The notes: generated from the sequence alone by a model not told the origin. A DNA stretch of 24,000 nt from Oscillatoria nigro-viridis PCC 7112 (GCF_000317475.1 NC_019729.1:6707445-6731444); one strand, 5' to 3'. Shown: positions 1 through 9,376, counted from the first letter of the stretch. Translations and numbers: made by a program.

Positions 1-610
1 TAAAGCTAGCCTTGGTAAAATTGCAATCGATGAACATACATTGTTGAATACACCCTCGATTCCAGTTAACTTTGCTAAAATTGCATCTTTCTTTGGGAGG
101 ACAAAAGCTGGAGATAGCTTCCCTCATATCAGCCCGGCTGAAGTCAACATCAATACACTCACCAGTGGATACATCAGCACCTCTAAGCTTTGGCCTTTGT
201 AGAACGGCTCCCTTTAGTCTAGCATCGCCTAAGTTAGCCCACTCTAGAACAGCTTTATTTAAGTTAGTTTGATGCAAGCGATCCCCGCAAAGTACAACTT
301 TTCTCATATTAGCTCCGCTCAGGTTAGCTTCATTGAGTCTCGCAACTTGCAATATAGCTCCAGCCAAGTTGGCTGAACTAAAATTAGCTCCCATAAAATC
401 AACGGCTTCTAGGTTAGCCCCTTCAAGATTAGCGTCACTCAGGTCTATGCAGCGCAGGTTGACTCCTCCAATTCTGGTGTTTTCTTCAGTTTGATATCGT
501 TTGATTAACCCGTCAGCGTAACGTCTACCCAAAAGAATTCCACTTAGGTCAAGGCCTGCAAAGTCTCTTTCTCCCGCAGCATACCGTCCGATCAATTCTT
601 CTGCATCCAT
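1..610 (-). CDS. Pentapeptide-repeat protein, N-terminal ~203 codons (ORF open to the left window edge)
   Basis: Absent from the ORF track because it has no stop in the window. Reverse-strand ATG at 610-608. My translation: MDAEELIGRYAAGERDFAGLDLSGILLGRRYADGLIKRYQTEENTRIGGVNLRCIDLSDANLEGANLEAVDFMGANFSSANLAGAILQVARLNEANLSGANM... This shows tandem A(N/D)LxG-type pentapeptides and stays open to position 1. It starts 47 nt downstream of the stop of the 1824-aa gene on the same strand. Confidence 0.8.
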   Translation of the reverse strand, partial: MDAEELIGRYAAGERDFAGLDLSGILLGRRYADGLIKRYQTEENTRIGGVNLRCIDLSDANLEGANLEAVDFMGANFSSANLAGAILQVARLNEANLSGANMRKVVLCGDRLHQTNLNKAVLEWANLGDARLKGAVLQRPKLRGADVSTGECIDVDFSRADMREAISSFCPPKERCNFSKVNWNRGCIQQCMFIDCNFTKASF

Positions 611-657
611 AACTTGAATCCTTAATTTGTAACAGTCAACCGTCAACAATCAAATGA

Positions 658-3600
658 CTAAAACTGAGGTTTTGCCGCCACCCCCTCACAGAGACGCCGA
701 TCGCGATCGCTCACATTAGGATTAGTTCTCAGATAATCCCCCACCCAGTCGCAGCCCCTCACCAGCAAATCGTCAAGATCCAAATTCCACAAAATCACCC
801 GATTATCCCGGCCGGCAGAAGCCAGAACCTTCCCATCCGGGCTAAAACTCACGCTCATCACGCTATCCTTGTGACCCGTCAAAGTTTTCAGCAAAGTCCC
901 GCTGCGACTCCAAAGCTTCACCTTATGATCGTAACTGCCCGAAGCAACCAACAAACCGTCCGGGCTAAAAGCAACGCTAGTCACGCTGTCGCTAGAACCC
1001 TTCAGCAGCGTCGCCACCAAAGTCCCGTCCACCTTCCACAATTTCACCGAATTGTCGTAACCAGCCGAAGCCAGCATTTTGCCGTCAGGGCTAAAAGCAA
1101 CCCCCAACACAAAACTGTTGTGAGCTCCTTCAAAAGTTCTCAGCAAACGACCGTCCCGATTCCAGAGTTTGAGAGTACCATCATCGCTTGCAGAAGCCAG
1201 CATCGAGCCGTCGGGACTGAAAGTCACCCCAGTCACCCAGCCTGTGTGTCCCGTCAAAGTCTTAATCAGCCTGCCGTTTCTCGTCCAGAGTTTCACAGTC
1301 TTATCCTTGCTCGCCGAAGCGAGAATCTCGCTGTCGGGGCTAAAACTCACGCTCATCACGCTGTCGGCGTGGCCGTCGAGAGTGAACAGCACAGAAGGCG
1401 AACACGGGAATAGCGGAGCCGAAGGACAAGGGAGAATATTATTCATGCCATCTTCTGTCAAACTCCAGACTTTCACCGTTTTGTCGTAACTCCCAGAAGC
1501 AAGTAGCTTGCCGTCGGGGCTGAAACTGACGCTGGCGACTCTCTCAGTGTGTCCTTCCAAGGTTTCCAGCAAAACTCCCGTGCGGCTCCAGAGTTTGATA
1601 GTTTTGTCCGTAGAAGCAGAAGCCAGCCTTTGGCCGTCGGGGCTAAAAGTAACGCCTTGCACCCGGTTTTGGTGTCCGTCGAGGGTTTTGAGCGGCACGT
1701 CATCGAGTCGCCACAGCCTGATAGTTTTGTCAAAACTTGCCGAAGCCAAGGTTTTGCCTTCGGGGCTAAAACTCACCTGAGTAACTCGATCGGCGTGTCC
1801 CTCAAAAGTTCTCAGTAAGCGACTCTCTGATTTAATGTTGCTAGCATCGGTTGGGCGTTTGTCGCCAACACCAGCAAGATTCCAGAGTTTGACAGTCCCG
1901 TCTGCACTTCCAGAAGCAAGTGTTTGACCGTCGGGGGAGAAACTGACACCAAATACCCACTTGCTGTGTCCCCGCAAAGTTGTTAGCAGTTCAGCTTTTT
2001 TTGCTGGTGTTGAATTTTCTGTTTGTGGGTGTTTTAGTGCAGCGATGCTCCAGATTTTCACCGTTTTATCTTCACCCGCACTGGCGATCGTTTCACCATC
2101 GGGGGAGAAACTGACGGTGTAAATTTTCGAGGGTTGTCTGTTGTCGCTGTGCCATAAATTAGCGATTAACTTACCGTCGGAACTCCACAGTTTCACAGTA
2201 CCGTCATCGCTCGCCACAGCGATTATTTTGCCGTCGCGGCTGAAGCTGAGCCAATTTACGGGAGCAAATTGTTCGATCGTTCGCAGCAGCGTGCCGTCGG
2301 TTTTCCAAAGTTTGATAGTTTTGTCTGTAGATCCACTGGCGATCGTTTGACCGTCAGGGCTAAAAGCAACGCTGGTAACGCTATTAGTATGCCCTTTGAA
2401 AGTTACCAGCAAACTGCCGTCTGTTTGCCAAAGCTTGACAGTTTTATCTAAACTTGCCGAGGCTATGGTTTTGTTGTCCGGACTGAACGCCACACAGGAG
2501 ACACTGTTAGTGTGGTCTTTGAAAGTTGCCAGCAAACTGCCGTCGCGCCGCCAAAGTTTGACGGTTTTATCTACACTGGAGGAAGCTATTGTTTCGCCGT
2601 CGGGACTGAAGCTAAGACCCCAAACTACATCGCCGTGTCCTTCCAAGCGGTTGCGTTCTTTGACTCCATAAACTGCCTGCTGGAGGGCGGCAGAAATCAG
2701 AATTTCGGTGTCTTTGAGAGTATACATTTGTTGGGAGTGTTCGATGTGTTTCCACTTTTTACCAGCTCTCAAACTTTCCATCATGGCGTCAAATTTGTTG
2801 TTTGAGAAATAAAGTGCTTCAGAAGCGGCTGTCAGGGTACTGATTTCGGCTCGCTGAGTTTGAGCGACAGCTAGCTGTTTTTGACCCACAGCCCGCCACC
2901 AAAAATTTACGGCGGCGATGGTGGAACTGGTTAGCAGCATGACGCCGATCACTGCTAATCCCAGCAGTTGTTTGAGAAAAGTATTGGCTCGGTAGAGCTG
3001 TGCTTGACTCATCTTTTTGTCCGCTTCTGCTTTGTGCAGTCTGGCTTCTAAGCCGAATCTTTGGCGGATCGGCCGCACTAAATAGTCGTGTACCAATTGA
3101 TAGCGGTCTTCGGGCGCTTCCCGTAGCAGAAATAGCAAACCGTGACCAACTAAAATGTCTAAAATTAAGTCGAGGTTGTCGTTTTTCTTGGGTCGGCTTT
3201 CAGGGTCTTTTGCGAACTGTCGCTGTAGGGAAATTCTGCCGGTGCTGCCGATCGCCGATAATTCGGTTTCCCCAGCATCGGCTGGCTGCTGACCTGTAAC
3301 TAACGAGAGTTCGTGTTTGGTTTTTATCAGGCGAACGCCTCTTTCATCGGTCAGGGAAAACAAGATTTTCCAAGCTGCGTCTTCGTTAACGGGCCCGCAG
3401 TCAGAGATGACTCTTTCGAGCGATCGTTTCACTAATTCTGCTTTGGGATTGTCCCCCAATTGCTGGTATTGTGCTAGACTGGTAATCCCTTCTTCTTGCA
3501 GTTGCGCTCCTACTACCTGCAATTCGATCGGCCGCACTTCTTGCAGTTCGTCTGCTAAATCTTCTACAAAGGCATCGATCAGTGCCGGCTCTAAATAAAA

Positions 3601-6132
3601 TTCCGCCCGTTCTGTTAAGTGTCTGATGACAGCCCGCGCGTCTTTGATAGAAAAACTCCGCAGTTGGTAGCGGATACTTTTGTCGAGAATATTATTGTTA
3701 ATAGCGTCAAGATTAGGGAAGCGGTCGCAATCTAGTAAGTAGTGCAAATAATCTTCGCGCAAGCAGAGAATTATCTTGACATAAGGCAAGTTTAAAAATA
3801 CACGCAAAAAATTATAAAAAAGTTGTCTTTGTGCCACTGAAGTCGAAACAAAGAAAAACTCTTCAAATTGATCGAAAATCAGCACTGTCAACAAATTATT
3901 TGTGGCATTTTCGCGCAACTGATCTATGATAAAAGAAGAGACTTCCGAGCTGCGCTCACGAATAACCGAGCAACTTTTTTTGTGGATTTCCTGTAGTCCT
4001 TTCGAGAGTAATTTACTTTCCTCTTCGGCTTGTTTGTCGTACAGGGCGCTGTTCAAAGCATTTTCTAACTCCACCAGCCAGTCGGTGTAAACTTTGACTA
4101 CTACGGGCAATGTATCCCGCGCGCCCGGAGTAATATTTTTCAAAGCTGGTACTAAGCCGGCATTGACTAGAGAACTTTTCCCGACTCCGCTGGGCCCGTG
4201 AATAATAGTTAATTTATGGTCGTCCCTGCTAATTCTTTCTAGCAAGTTATTGATATCTGTTTGGCGCGAGTAAGCTGTCATGGACGCTGCGATCGCGGCT
4301 TGGTTTTGAGCTGAGGGCCCCGAAGGATTGACGGCTTGGCGCTGCTGCTGCAATTGGCTGGCTCCGATAAAAGCTCTAAATCCGTATTGATATTCGATCG
4401 AACGCTGGGTTTTTTTAATCCGAAACGCTTTAAGATACTCTCCCTGCTCGAAATAAACCGCTTGCAATTCCGTCAAAATATCGATGTAAAGTCGGGGGTC
4501 GTACTTCGGCTCGCTTTGAGATTGAGCCAACTCCAAAGAATGAACCGCCGCTTCCCACTGGGCTAGCTGCCGCAAACTTCGGGCTAAAAGTAAAAGATAC
4601 GAACTCCTGTCGGATTTGGGATGTTGGATTTGAGATTTGGGTTCGTTACTTGACTCGTTAGGGCCCAGAAATTCTGGATAATTTCCCTCAAACCCCAATC
4701 TCAAATCTTCAATCAGCAATCTCAAATCATTAGGCGTTTGATCCAAAATCGCCAAAGCCAACTCGGCTAGCTGGCGGGCTTGGCTCCACCTCGACTGTTG
4801 CAGGGCAACTTCAGCCAAAAAGCCGTAATCTTGAGCTAGTTGGCTGGGAGTACCGTAAGTGAAGTGCAACTGCAAAGAATTTTCAGCTAATGCTTGCAAC
4901 TCTCCCCAAGCTTTCAGGCGCTGCAGCACTTCTCCGAGGTGTGCTGTCACCTCAGCTACCAATTCCGGGCGTGAGGCAAGGGAGAAAGCGTTTCTAGATT
5001 GTTCCAGGCTAATCCAAGCTTCTTCCCAGTGCTGGCGGTTGGCTACCGGGTTTCTGGCTGCTTGCAAGCGGTGACACAGGGCTATGTGAAACAGCACTAT
5101 GCCTTCTCTCTCTAAGAATAAAATTTTGGGGACAGGCTTCGACAAGGAGGAGAAGGTTTCTGGGTTTTCGGAAAGTTCTAAGTTTGCCAGTTCCCAGTTG
5201 CCCGTTTTCTGCTGCCAAAATGCTAAACTTTCTTGGTAGTGAATTAAGGCAGTTTCGGTTTGGTCGCTCACATAGTAATCTCGACCCAGAACGAATTGCA
5301 GGCTGGCTTTGAGGGCGGGTTCTAATTCTTCACCGCGATTTTGTAAATCTCTTAAAGCTAATTCTAGTTCTCGGCGCGGCAAAGAGCCGATCGCCAAATC
5401 GAAGGTATTGCCCGGACTCAATGGCGAATACGAGTGGACATCTGATTGTCGTCGGTTTTGGGGCCCTGAGTTAAAAGTTAGAAAGCGTTCTCCAGGGCTG
5501 ATTTCGCGCTCCAGGTCGCGTTTTTCGCACGGGGTTTCGCAGGTCTCACAATTAGCGATGGTGCTGACGTTGCTGCTGGCGAGTTCTTGATTGAGTTCGC
5601 CTATTTTAAATATAGTATCGGCCCGCTTAGCGAGGAAATTAATTAATTCGTCAACGCCCATTTCAAATTTAATTGTGGCGGCGGCCCAACTTTTGAAATC
5701 CGGGGCCAGACGAATCATTTTGGTCACGATGTCATCTGTTACCCACAAAATCACTGGGCAGGAAAAATTTTTGCGAAATTCGTCTCGCACTTGATTGGTA
5801 GAAGCCATCAGTTCGTCGATCGCTACTACTGTTTCTAAACCGAATACCATCAAAGCTGAGGCGGCACCGACAGGCGAGTACCCCTCCTGGAAACTGCTTG
5901 CCTGCAGAGTAGTGTAAAGGGTTTTAACTGAAGGTGGCAAGACGATATCTTGAATTGGAACTGGGGACACTTCTCGCAGCCGCCGCGCTATTTTCTGCCG
6001 CAACTGCTCGTAGTTGCAGCGCACCAAAATTAGCGAGAATTGGTGTTGAGACATTGTGATGGATCTGACCAGAGTTTTGAGCGAGCGCTCGTTGTAGTTG
6101 GCAGTTTCTTGTACCTTAATTAGATCGGTCAT
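658..6132 (-). CDS. 1824-aa multidomain STAND-class P-loop NTPase: uncharacterised N-terminal domain, TPR-like helical region, NTPase, one predicted TM helix, 14 WD40 repeats
   Basis: ATG at 6132, single 5.5-kb ORF. Walker A GPSGVGKSS (aa 646-654, nt 4171-4197). Walker B-like LLTVLIFDQFEE (aa ~747-758). Helical TPR-like stretch at aa ~250-600. Hydrophobic segment LLGLAVIGVMLLTSSTIAAVNFWW (aa 1056-1079, nt 2896-2967). Then 14 units of the form GH..V.SV.FSPDG..LASAS.DKTVKLW. Plus-strand ORFs inside it are antisense shadows. Confidence 0.9.
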   Translation of the reverse strand: MTDLIKVQETANYNERSLKTLVRSITMSQHQFSLILVRCNYEQLRQKIARRLREVSPVPIQDIVLPPSVKTLYTTLQASSFQEGYSPVGAASALMVFGLETVVAIDELMASTNQVRDEFRKNFSCPVILWVTDDIVTKMIRLAPDFKSWAAATIKFEMGVDELINFLAKRADTIFKIGELNQELASSNVSTIANCETCETPCEKRDLEREISPGERFLTFNSGPQNRRQSDVHSYSPLSPGNTFDLAIGSLPRRELELALRDLQNRGEELEPALKASLQFVLGRDYYVSDQTETALIHYQESLAFWQQKTGNWELANLELSENPETFSSLSKPVPKILFLEREGIVLFHIALCHRLQAARNPVANRQHWEEAWISLEQSRNAFSLASRPELVAEVTAHLGEVLQRLKAWGELQALAENSLQLHFTYGTPSQLAQDYGFLAEVALQQSRWSQARQLAELALAILDQTPNDLRLLIEDLRLGFEGNYPEFLGPNESSNEPKSQIQHPKSDRSSYLLLLARSLRQLAQWEAAVHSLELAQSQSEPKYDPRLYIDILTELQAVYFEQGEYLKAFRIKKTQRSIEYQYGFRAFIGASQLQQQRQAVNPSGPSAQNQAAIAASMTAYSRQTDINNLLERISRDDHKLTIIHGPSGVGKSSLVNAGLVPALKNITPGARDTLPVVVKVYTDWLVELENALNSALYDKQAEEESKLLSKGLQEIHKKSCSVIRERSSEVSSFIIDQLRENATNNLLTVLIFDQFEEFFFVSTSVAQRQLFYNFLRVFLNLPYVKIILCLREDYLHYLLDCDRFPNLDAINNNILDKSIRYQLRSFSIKDARAVIRHLTERAEFYLEPALIDAFVEDLADELQEVRPIELQVVGAQLQEEGITSLAQYQQLGDNPKAELVKRSLERVISDCGPVNEDAAWKILFSLTDERGVRLIKTKHELSLVTGQQPADAGETELSAIGSTGRISLQRQFAKDPESRPKKNDNLDLILDILVGHGLLFLLREAPEDRYQLVHDYLVRPIRQRFGLEARLHKAEADKKMSQAQLYRANTFLKQLLGLAVIGVMLLTSSTIAAVNFWWRAVGQKQLAVAQTQRAEISTLTAASEALYFSNNKFDAMMESLRAGKKWKHIEHSQQMYTLKDTEILISAALQQAVYGVKERNRLEGHGDVVWGLSFSPDGETIASSSVDKTVKLWRRDGSLLATFKDHTNSVSCVAFSPDNKTIASASLDKTVKLWQTDGSLLVTFKGHTNSVTSVAFSPDGQTIASGSTDKTIKLWKTDGTLLRTIEQFAPVNWLSFSRDGKIIAVASDDGTVKLWSSDGKLIANLWHSDNRQPSKIYTVSFSPDGETIASAGEDKTVKIWSIAALKHPQTENSTPAKKAELLTTLRGHSKWVFGVSFSPDGQTLASGSADGTVKLWNLAGVGDKRPTDASNIKSESRLLRTFEGHADRVTQVSFSPEGKTLASASFDKTIRLWRLDDVPLKTLDGHQNRVQGVTFSPDGQRLASASTDKTIKLWSRTGVLLETLEGHTERVASVSFSPDGKLLASGSYDKTVKVWSLTEDGMNNILPCPSAPLFPCSPSVLFTLDGHADSVMSVSFSPDSEILASASKDKTVKLWTRNGRLIKTLTGHTGWVTGVTFSPDGSMLASASDDGTLKLWNRDGRLLRTFEGAHNSFVLGVAFSPDGKMLASAGYDNSVKLWKVDGTLVATLLKGSSDSVTSVAFSPDGLLVASGSYDHKVKLWSRSGTLLKTLTGHKDSVMSVSFSPDGKVLASAGRDNRVILWNLDLDDLLVRGCDWVGDYLRTNPNVSDRDRRLCEGVAAKPQF
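780..2645 (-). repeat. Intragenic tandem array of 14 WD40-coding units (~120-130 bp each, two putative 7-bladed propellers)
   Basis: The DNA recurs as gccgtcgggnctnaaantnac...ccanagtttnacngt. A 26-nt block, gggctaaaactcacgctcatcacgct, is identical at 839-864 and 1337-1362. Confidence 0.8.
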
Positions 6133-6662
6133 GCGTGCACCTCTTTTGCATTAATCAATTACCTAACGCTCGCCAATCGTGACTGAAAGCGTATCTACTT
6201 AGAGATAGCCGTCTCTGTCTGACGCTTTATCTCTGTATAAATACGTAGTTTTTCGTACTTGTCCTATCAATACTTACATAGTTATTAGGTCCAATGTAAA
6301 GATATCATACCTCTCAATCTCAGAGAATGCTAGACTTCCCAATAAAAATTTAAGGTTACCTTAGATTTTTTGATTCAGCTATATATAAAGGACTACAGAT
6401 AGTAAATAGGCAACCGCTAAGTTTACGATCGTACCGACGACTAGCTATTAGTAAACAACTCCGATATATCTGTAGCAGGCATTTAACACAGCCGCCAAAC
6501 AAAATGTCCTCCGGGATGGGATTAGTTGAAATTAAGAACAACAGGTAAAAACAGACGTAGGGGGTCTGACATTGCAGATATGAGAGTTGAGAGTGGGCAA
6601 AGTCCTTAGTGGCGGCCAAGTTTTACGCGGCAATAACATTCACCGCCTATAGCCAGCATTCA

Positions 6663-6704
6663 ACAGAAATCAGCCAGTGGCAAAAACCGCTGACTGATTT
6701 CTGT
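6663..6704 (-). other. Imperfect 18-bp-arm inverted repeat (stem-loop) ~110 bp downstream of the 443-aa ATPase stop
   Basis: acagaaatcagccagtgg (6663-6680), caaaaa loop, ccgctgactgatttctgt (6687-6704). 16/18 positions are complementary, with one further G-U possible. No U-tract follows on either strand, so it is not a canonical intrinsic terminator. Confidence 0.35.
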
Positions 6705-6815
6705 ATTGAATGGTAAGATTTCGGAGTTTTGAGCGATGAATTTTCAGTTAAATACTTTATAAGTCCCTCGTGGTTAAGGGTTCTTGGAGTCGCGAAGCTA
6801 TCTCAAAAATCCCAA

Positions 6816-8147
6816 CTATTTTGCTTCTGTGCGCTGCAGCCACTCCTTATATTTTCTGGTCTCTGCTAGGGCTGGATTAATCCCAAACCAACGACCTTCT
6901 TGATCGCGGTATTCAAAGACAAACATACTTCGCAACAAGATTTGAGACTCTTCTTCGCCGGTTACACTTTGTCGGTTGACGACTTGAAACAGCAATTCCC
7001 ATTCCAGGTCATTGATGGCTCCCAAAAGGTCATCTCGATATTCTTGAATGACGCTTTCGAGGCATTCGCGAGAGAAGGGAGGGTCTTCGTGCTGCAAACA
7101 GCTATACAAAAGCATCAGTAGATTGCGAACGTGACCGCCACTAATCCGACAAAGCCGGTCTAAAGTTTCGGGAGAGTCAAACACCTGGGAAATCAAATCG
7201 ATGCGTTGATGGGGAGCAACTGCGGGGAAAGCTCTAGCTAATACTAGCTGCCGCAGCAGTGCCATTCCTTCCATGTGGTCGTCGCCCGATCGCATTTGCA
7301 CGGGTACCATCGGCATCACCTTGGGCTTGACTCCAAATCGACTGGCGAGGCGGCCGAAGTCGTTGGAAAAAATCAAAGTCAGGGGAATCGTGTAGACGAC
7401 GTGGCAATTGAGTTTTTTCAACTGTTCGCCGCGGTCTAAAAACAAGTATTCTGGCTGGGTGCGTCCGCTGGGTTTGAGGGAGGCGTCGAGGCGATCGAGG
7501 TTGTCAACGATGACTGCGAGTCCTTTTTTTCCTTGCTGCTTGAGTTCGGCGTTAGCTTTGTTGAGGAGTTCTTCGTTGATGGACTGCAAGATGCTGTTGG
7601 TGCGGGGTTCGAGATATTGCCTGAGTTGCGATCGCAGTTTGGGAGAGTCTTTAGTTTTAGCCGTAACTTTAGCAATGCCTATAGATAACTCCGCTTCCGC
7701 TGACAAATCTATGGGAGTCTGCAAAAATTCTGCCACTTCTGCAAACAGATTGGTAAAATAGCTCGGTCTGAGTTTGATTTTAGTCGATTCCATAGTTTCG
7801 CTGACTTGGCGGGCAATGCTCAGCAAAATATCGCTGATGTCTACATCTCCCATGTCTAAGTCTTGGGAAGACTCAAAGTAGACGACGCAAAAACCCTCTT
7901 GCTCTAACTCAGCTTTCAGTCGAAACAATTCGGTAGATTTGCCACACCCGATATGTCCTGTAAATAGCTGACAGGTTGGCTGGTCAGGCGAGATGCGAGT
8001 AATGGTTCGCTGTAAAGATTCAATGATTTTGCCGCCACGCACGGAACCAAAATCAATGTAGTATTGATAATCTCCTGGGTCTCCCGCAACAAGGGTCTTG
8101 CTGGGGTTGCAGGCTTTATAGAATCTGTCTAATTCGAGTGCGATCAC
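6816..8147 (-). CDS. 443-aa P-loop ATPase (AAA+/STAND- or ORC/Cdc6-like; exact family not determinable by eye)
   Basis: GTG start at 8147, with no nearby in-frame ATG. Walker A GHIGCGKST (aa 64-72, nt 7932-7958). Walker B-like LAVIVDNLDRLD (aa ~210-221). Helical C-terminal half. Same strand as, and upstream of, the 1824-aa NTPase gene. Confidence 0.8.
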   Translation of the reverse strand: MIALELDRFYKACNPSKTLVAGDPGDYQYYIDFGSVRGGKIIESLQRTITRISPDQPTCQLFTGHIGCGKSTELFRLKAELEQEGFCVVYFESSQDLDMGDVDISDILLSIARQVSETMESTKIKLRPSYFTNLFAEVAEFLQTPIDLSAEAELSIGIAKVTAKTKDSPKLRSQLRQYLEPRTNSILQSINEELLNKANAELKQQGKKGLAVIVDNLDRLDASLKPSGRTQPEYLFLDRGEQLKKLNCHVVYTIPLTLIFSNDFGRLASRFGVKPKVMPMVPVQMRSGDDHMEGMALLRQLVLARAFPAVAPHQRIDLISQVFDSPETLDRLCRISGGHVRNLLMLLYSCLQHEDPPFSRECLESVIQEYRDDLLGAINDLEWELLFQVVNRQSVTGEEESQILLRSMFVFEYRDQEGRWFGINPALAETRKYKEWLQRTEAK

Positions 8148-8485
8148 AATGGAAGCCGAATAAAAGTTAAAAAAGTTAATCGAAAGTCTAAACTTTCTTT
8201 AGTTGAGTTTAGTTTGATTTGTAACCTTTTGCCCTGTGGGGTAATGCCCTAAATACCCAAAGAACCTTGATCTGGTAAGGGGTTTTCCCGGCGCTGGAAT
8301 TTGGAATTTTTAATTAATAATTTTTTATTACTTAACGGCATCAGTGATATTACTGATATTGGCAGGCGGCTGGGTAAATTTGCGAGGATCTGGTTAAATG
8401 GTAGGGGAAAACAGGGTTCCAGAGAGAGAGATTAAACAGTTTTGAAGTTGTGCAAATCCTTAATTACTATATTCTCAAGACGTAG

Positions 8486-9376
8486 ATGGCTAGTTTTGGA
8501 GCGGTTTCTCAAACAGAGTTAGGGCGCAGGCGCCAAAAGTTGCGCCAGCAGAGGCGCGCTCGATTGGCGGCTGTTGTGTGGCAAATGCTGGCAGCGAGTG
8601 CAATGGCTGGAGGTTTGCTGTGGTGGATTGCTCAGCCGGCTTGGTTGATTGCCCGATCGGAACAAGTGAAGGTGGAGGGCAATCAGTGGCTGTCGGATAA
8701 GGCGGTGCGGTCTTTGGTGCCGCTGTCTTACCCGCAGTCGCTGTGGGGGATTCAACCGCAGGCCCTGGCCGAAAAGCTGGAGTCAACGGGGCCGATCGCC
8801 AAAGCGAAGGTGACTCGTAACTTGTTTCCGCCGAGTTTGACTGTAGAAGTGGCAGAACGCCTGCCGGTGGCGGTGGCGCAGCCGACTGCGGTGTTGAGAT
8901 CGAACAGTGACAAGGAAAAAGTGGGGTGGCTGGACGCTCGCGGAGGTTGGATGCCGTCGGATAGTTATACTGCTGTACGATCGCAGAATAGTTCGATCGG
9001 GCCCGGCAGCATTCCGGGAACGCAGCCTCAGCGTTCTTTGCCCACTTTAAAAGTCATCGGGCCTTTGGAACAGTATCGCGCCTATTGGCCGAAGTTTTAC
9101 CAAGGACTCAGCGGCTTGACGGTGAAAGTATTTGAGATTAATTGGCAAGACCCGAACAATTTGATCTTGAAAACAGAGATCGGTACCGTACACTTAGGGC
9201 CTTACAGTTCCAAGACTGCGGAGCAACTTAAGGTTTTAGACCGAATGCGACAATTGCCAAAACAGCTAGATTCAAGCAAAATAGCCTACATTGACTTGAA
9301 AAATCCTGCTTCGCCGATGGTCCATTTGCCAGAACTGCCCCCCAGTTTGGAGAGTTCCACTCGCGCCCAGAATTGA
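8486..9376 (+). CDS. ftsQ: Cell division protein FtsQ/DivIB (POTRA-containing)
   Basis: ATG at 8486. Basic N-terminus (RRRQKLRQQRRAR), a TM helix (AAVVWQMLAASAMAGGLLWWIA), then a POTRA-like segment (VKVEGNQWLSDKAVRSLVPL...LTVEVAERLPVAV). It sits upstream of ftsZ, as is typical in cyanobacteria. Confidence 0.85.
   Translation: MASFGAVSQTELGRRRQKLRQQRRARLAAVVWQMLAASAMAGGLLWWIAQPAWLIARSEQVKVEGNQWLSDKAVRSLVPLSYPQSLWGIQPQALAEKLESTGPIAKAKVTRNLFPPSLTVEVAERLPVAVAQPTAVLRSNSDKEKVGWLDARGGWMPSDSYTAVRSQNSSIGPGSIPGTQPQRSLPTLKVIGPLEQYRAYWPKFYQGLSGLTVKVFEINWQDPNNLILKTEIGTVHLGPYSSKTAEQLKVLDRMRQLPKQLDSSKIAYIDLKNPASPMVHLPELPPSLESSTRAQN

Noticed and set aside
871-5794. Many plus-strand ORFs (60-180 aa) inside the 1824-aa gene
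   Set aside because: They are antisense shadows of a long, motif-rich minus-strand ORF. Several are repetitive only because they mirror the WD40 repeats.
6356-6619. 87-aa minus-strand ORF in the long spacer
   Set aside because: It has a TTG start, no ribosome-binding context, Cys/Leu-rich composition and no motif. It is kept only as part of the spacer finding.
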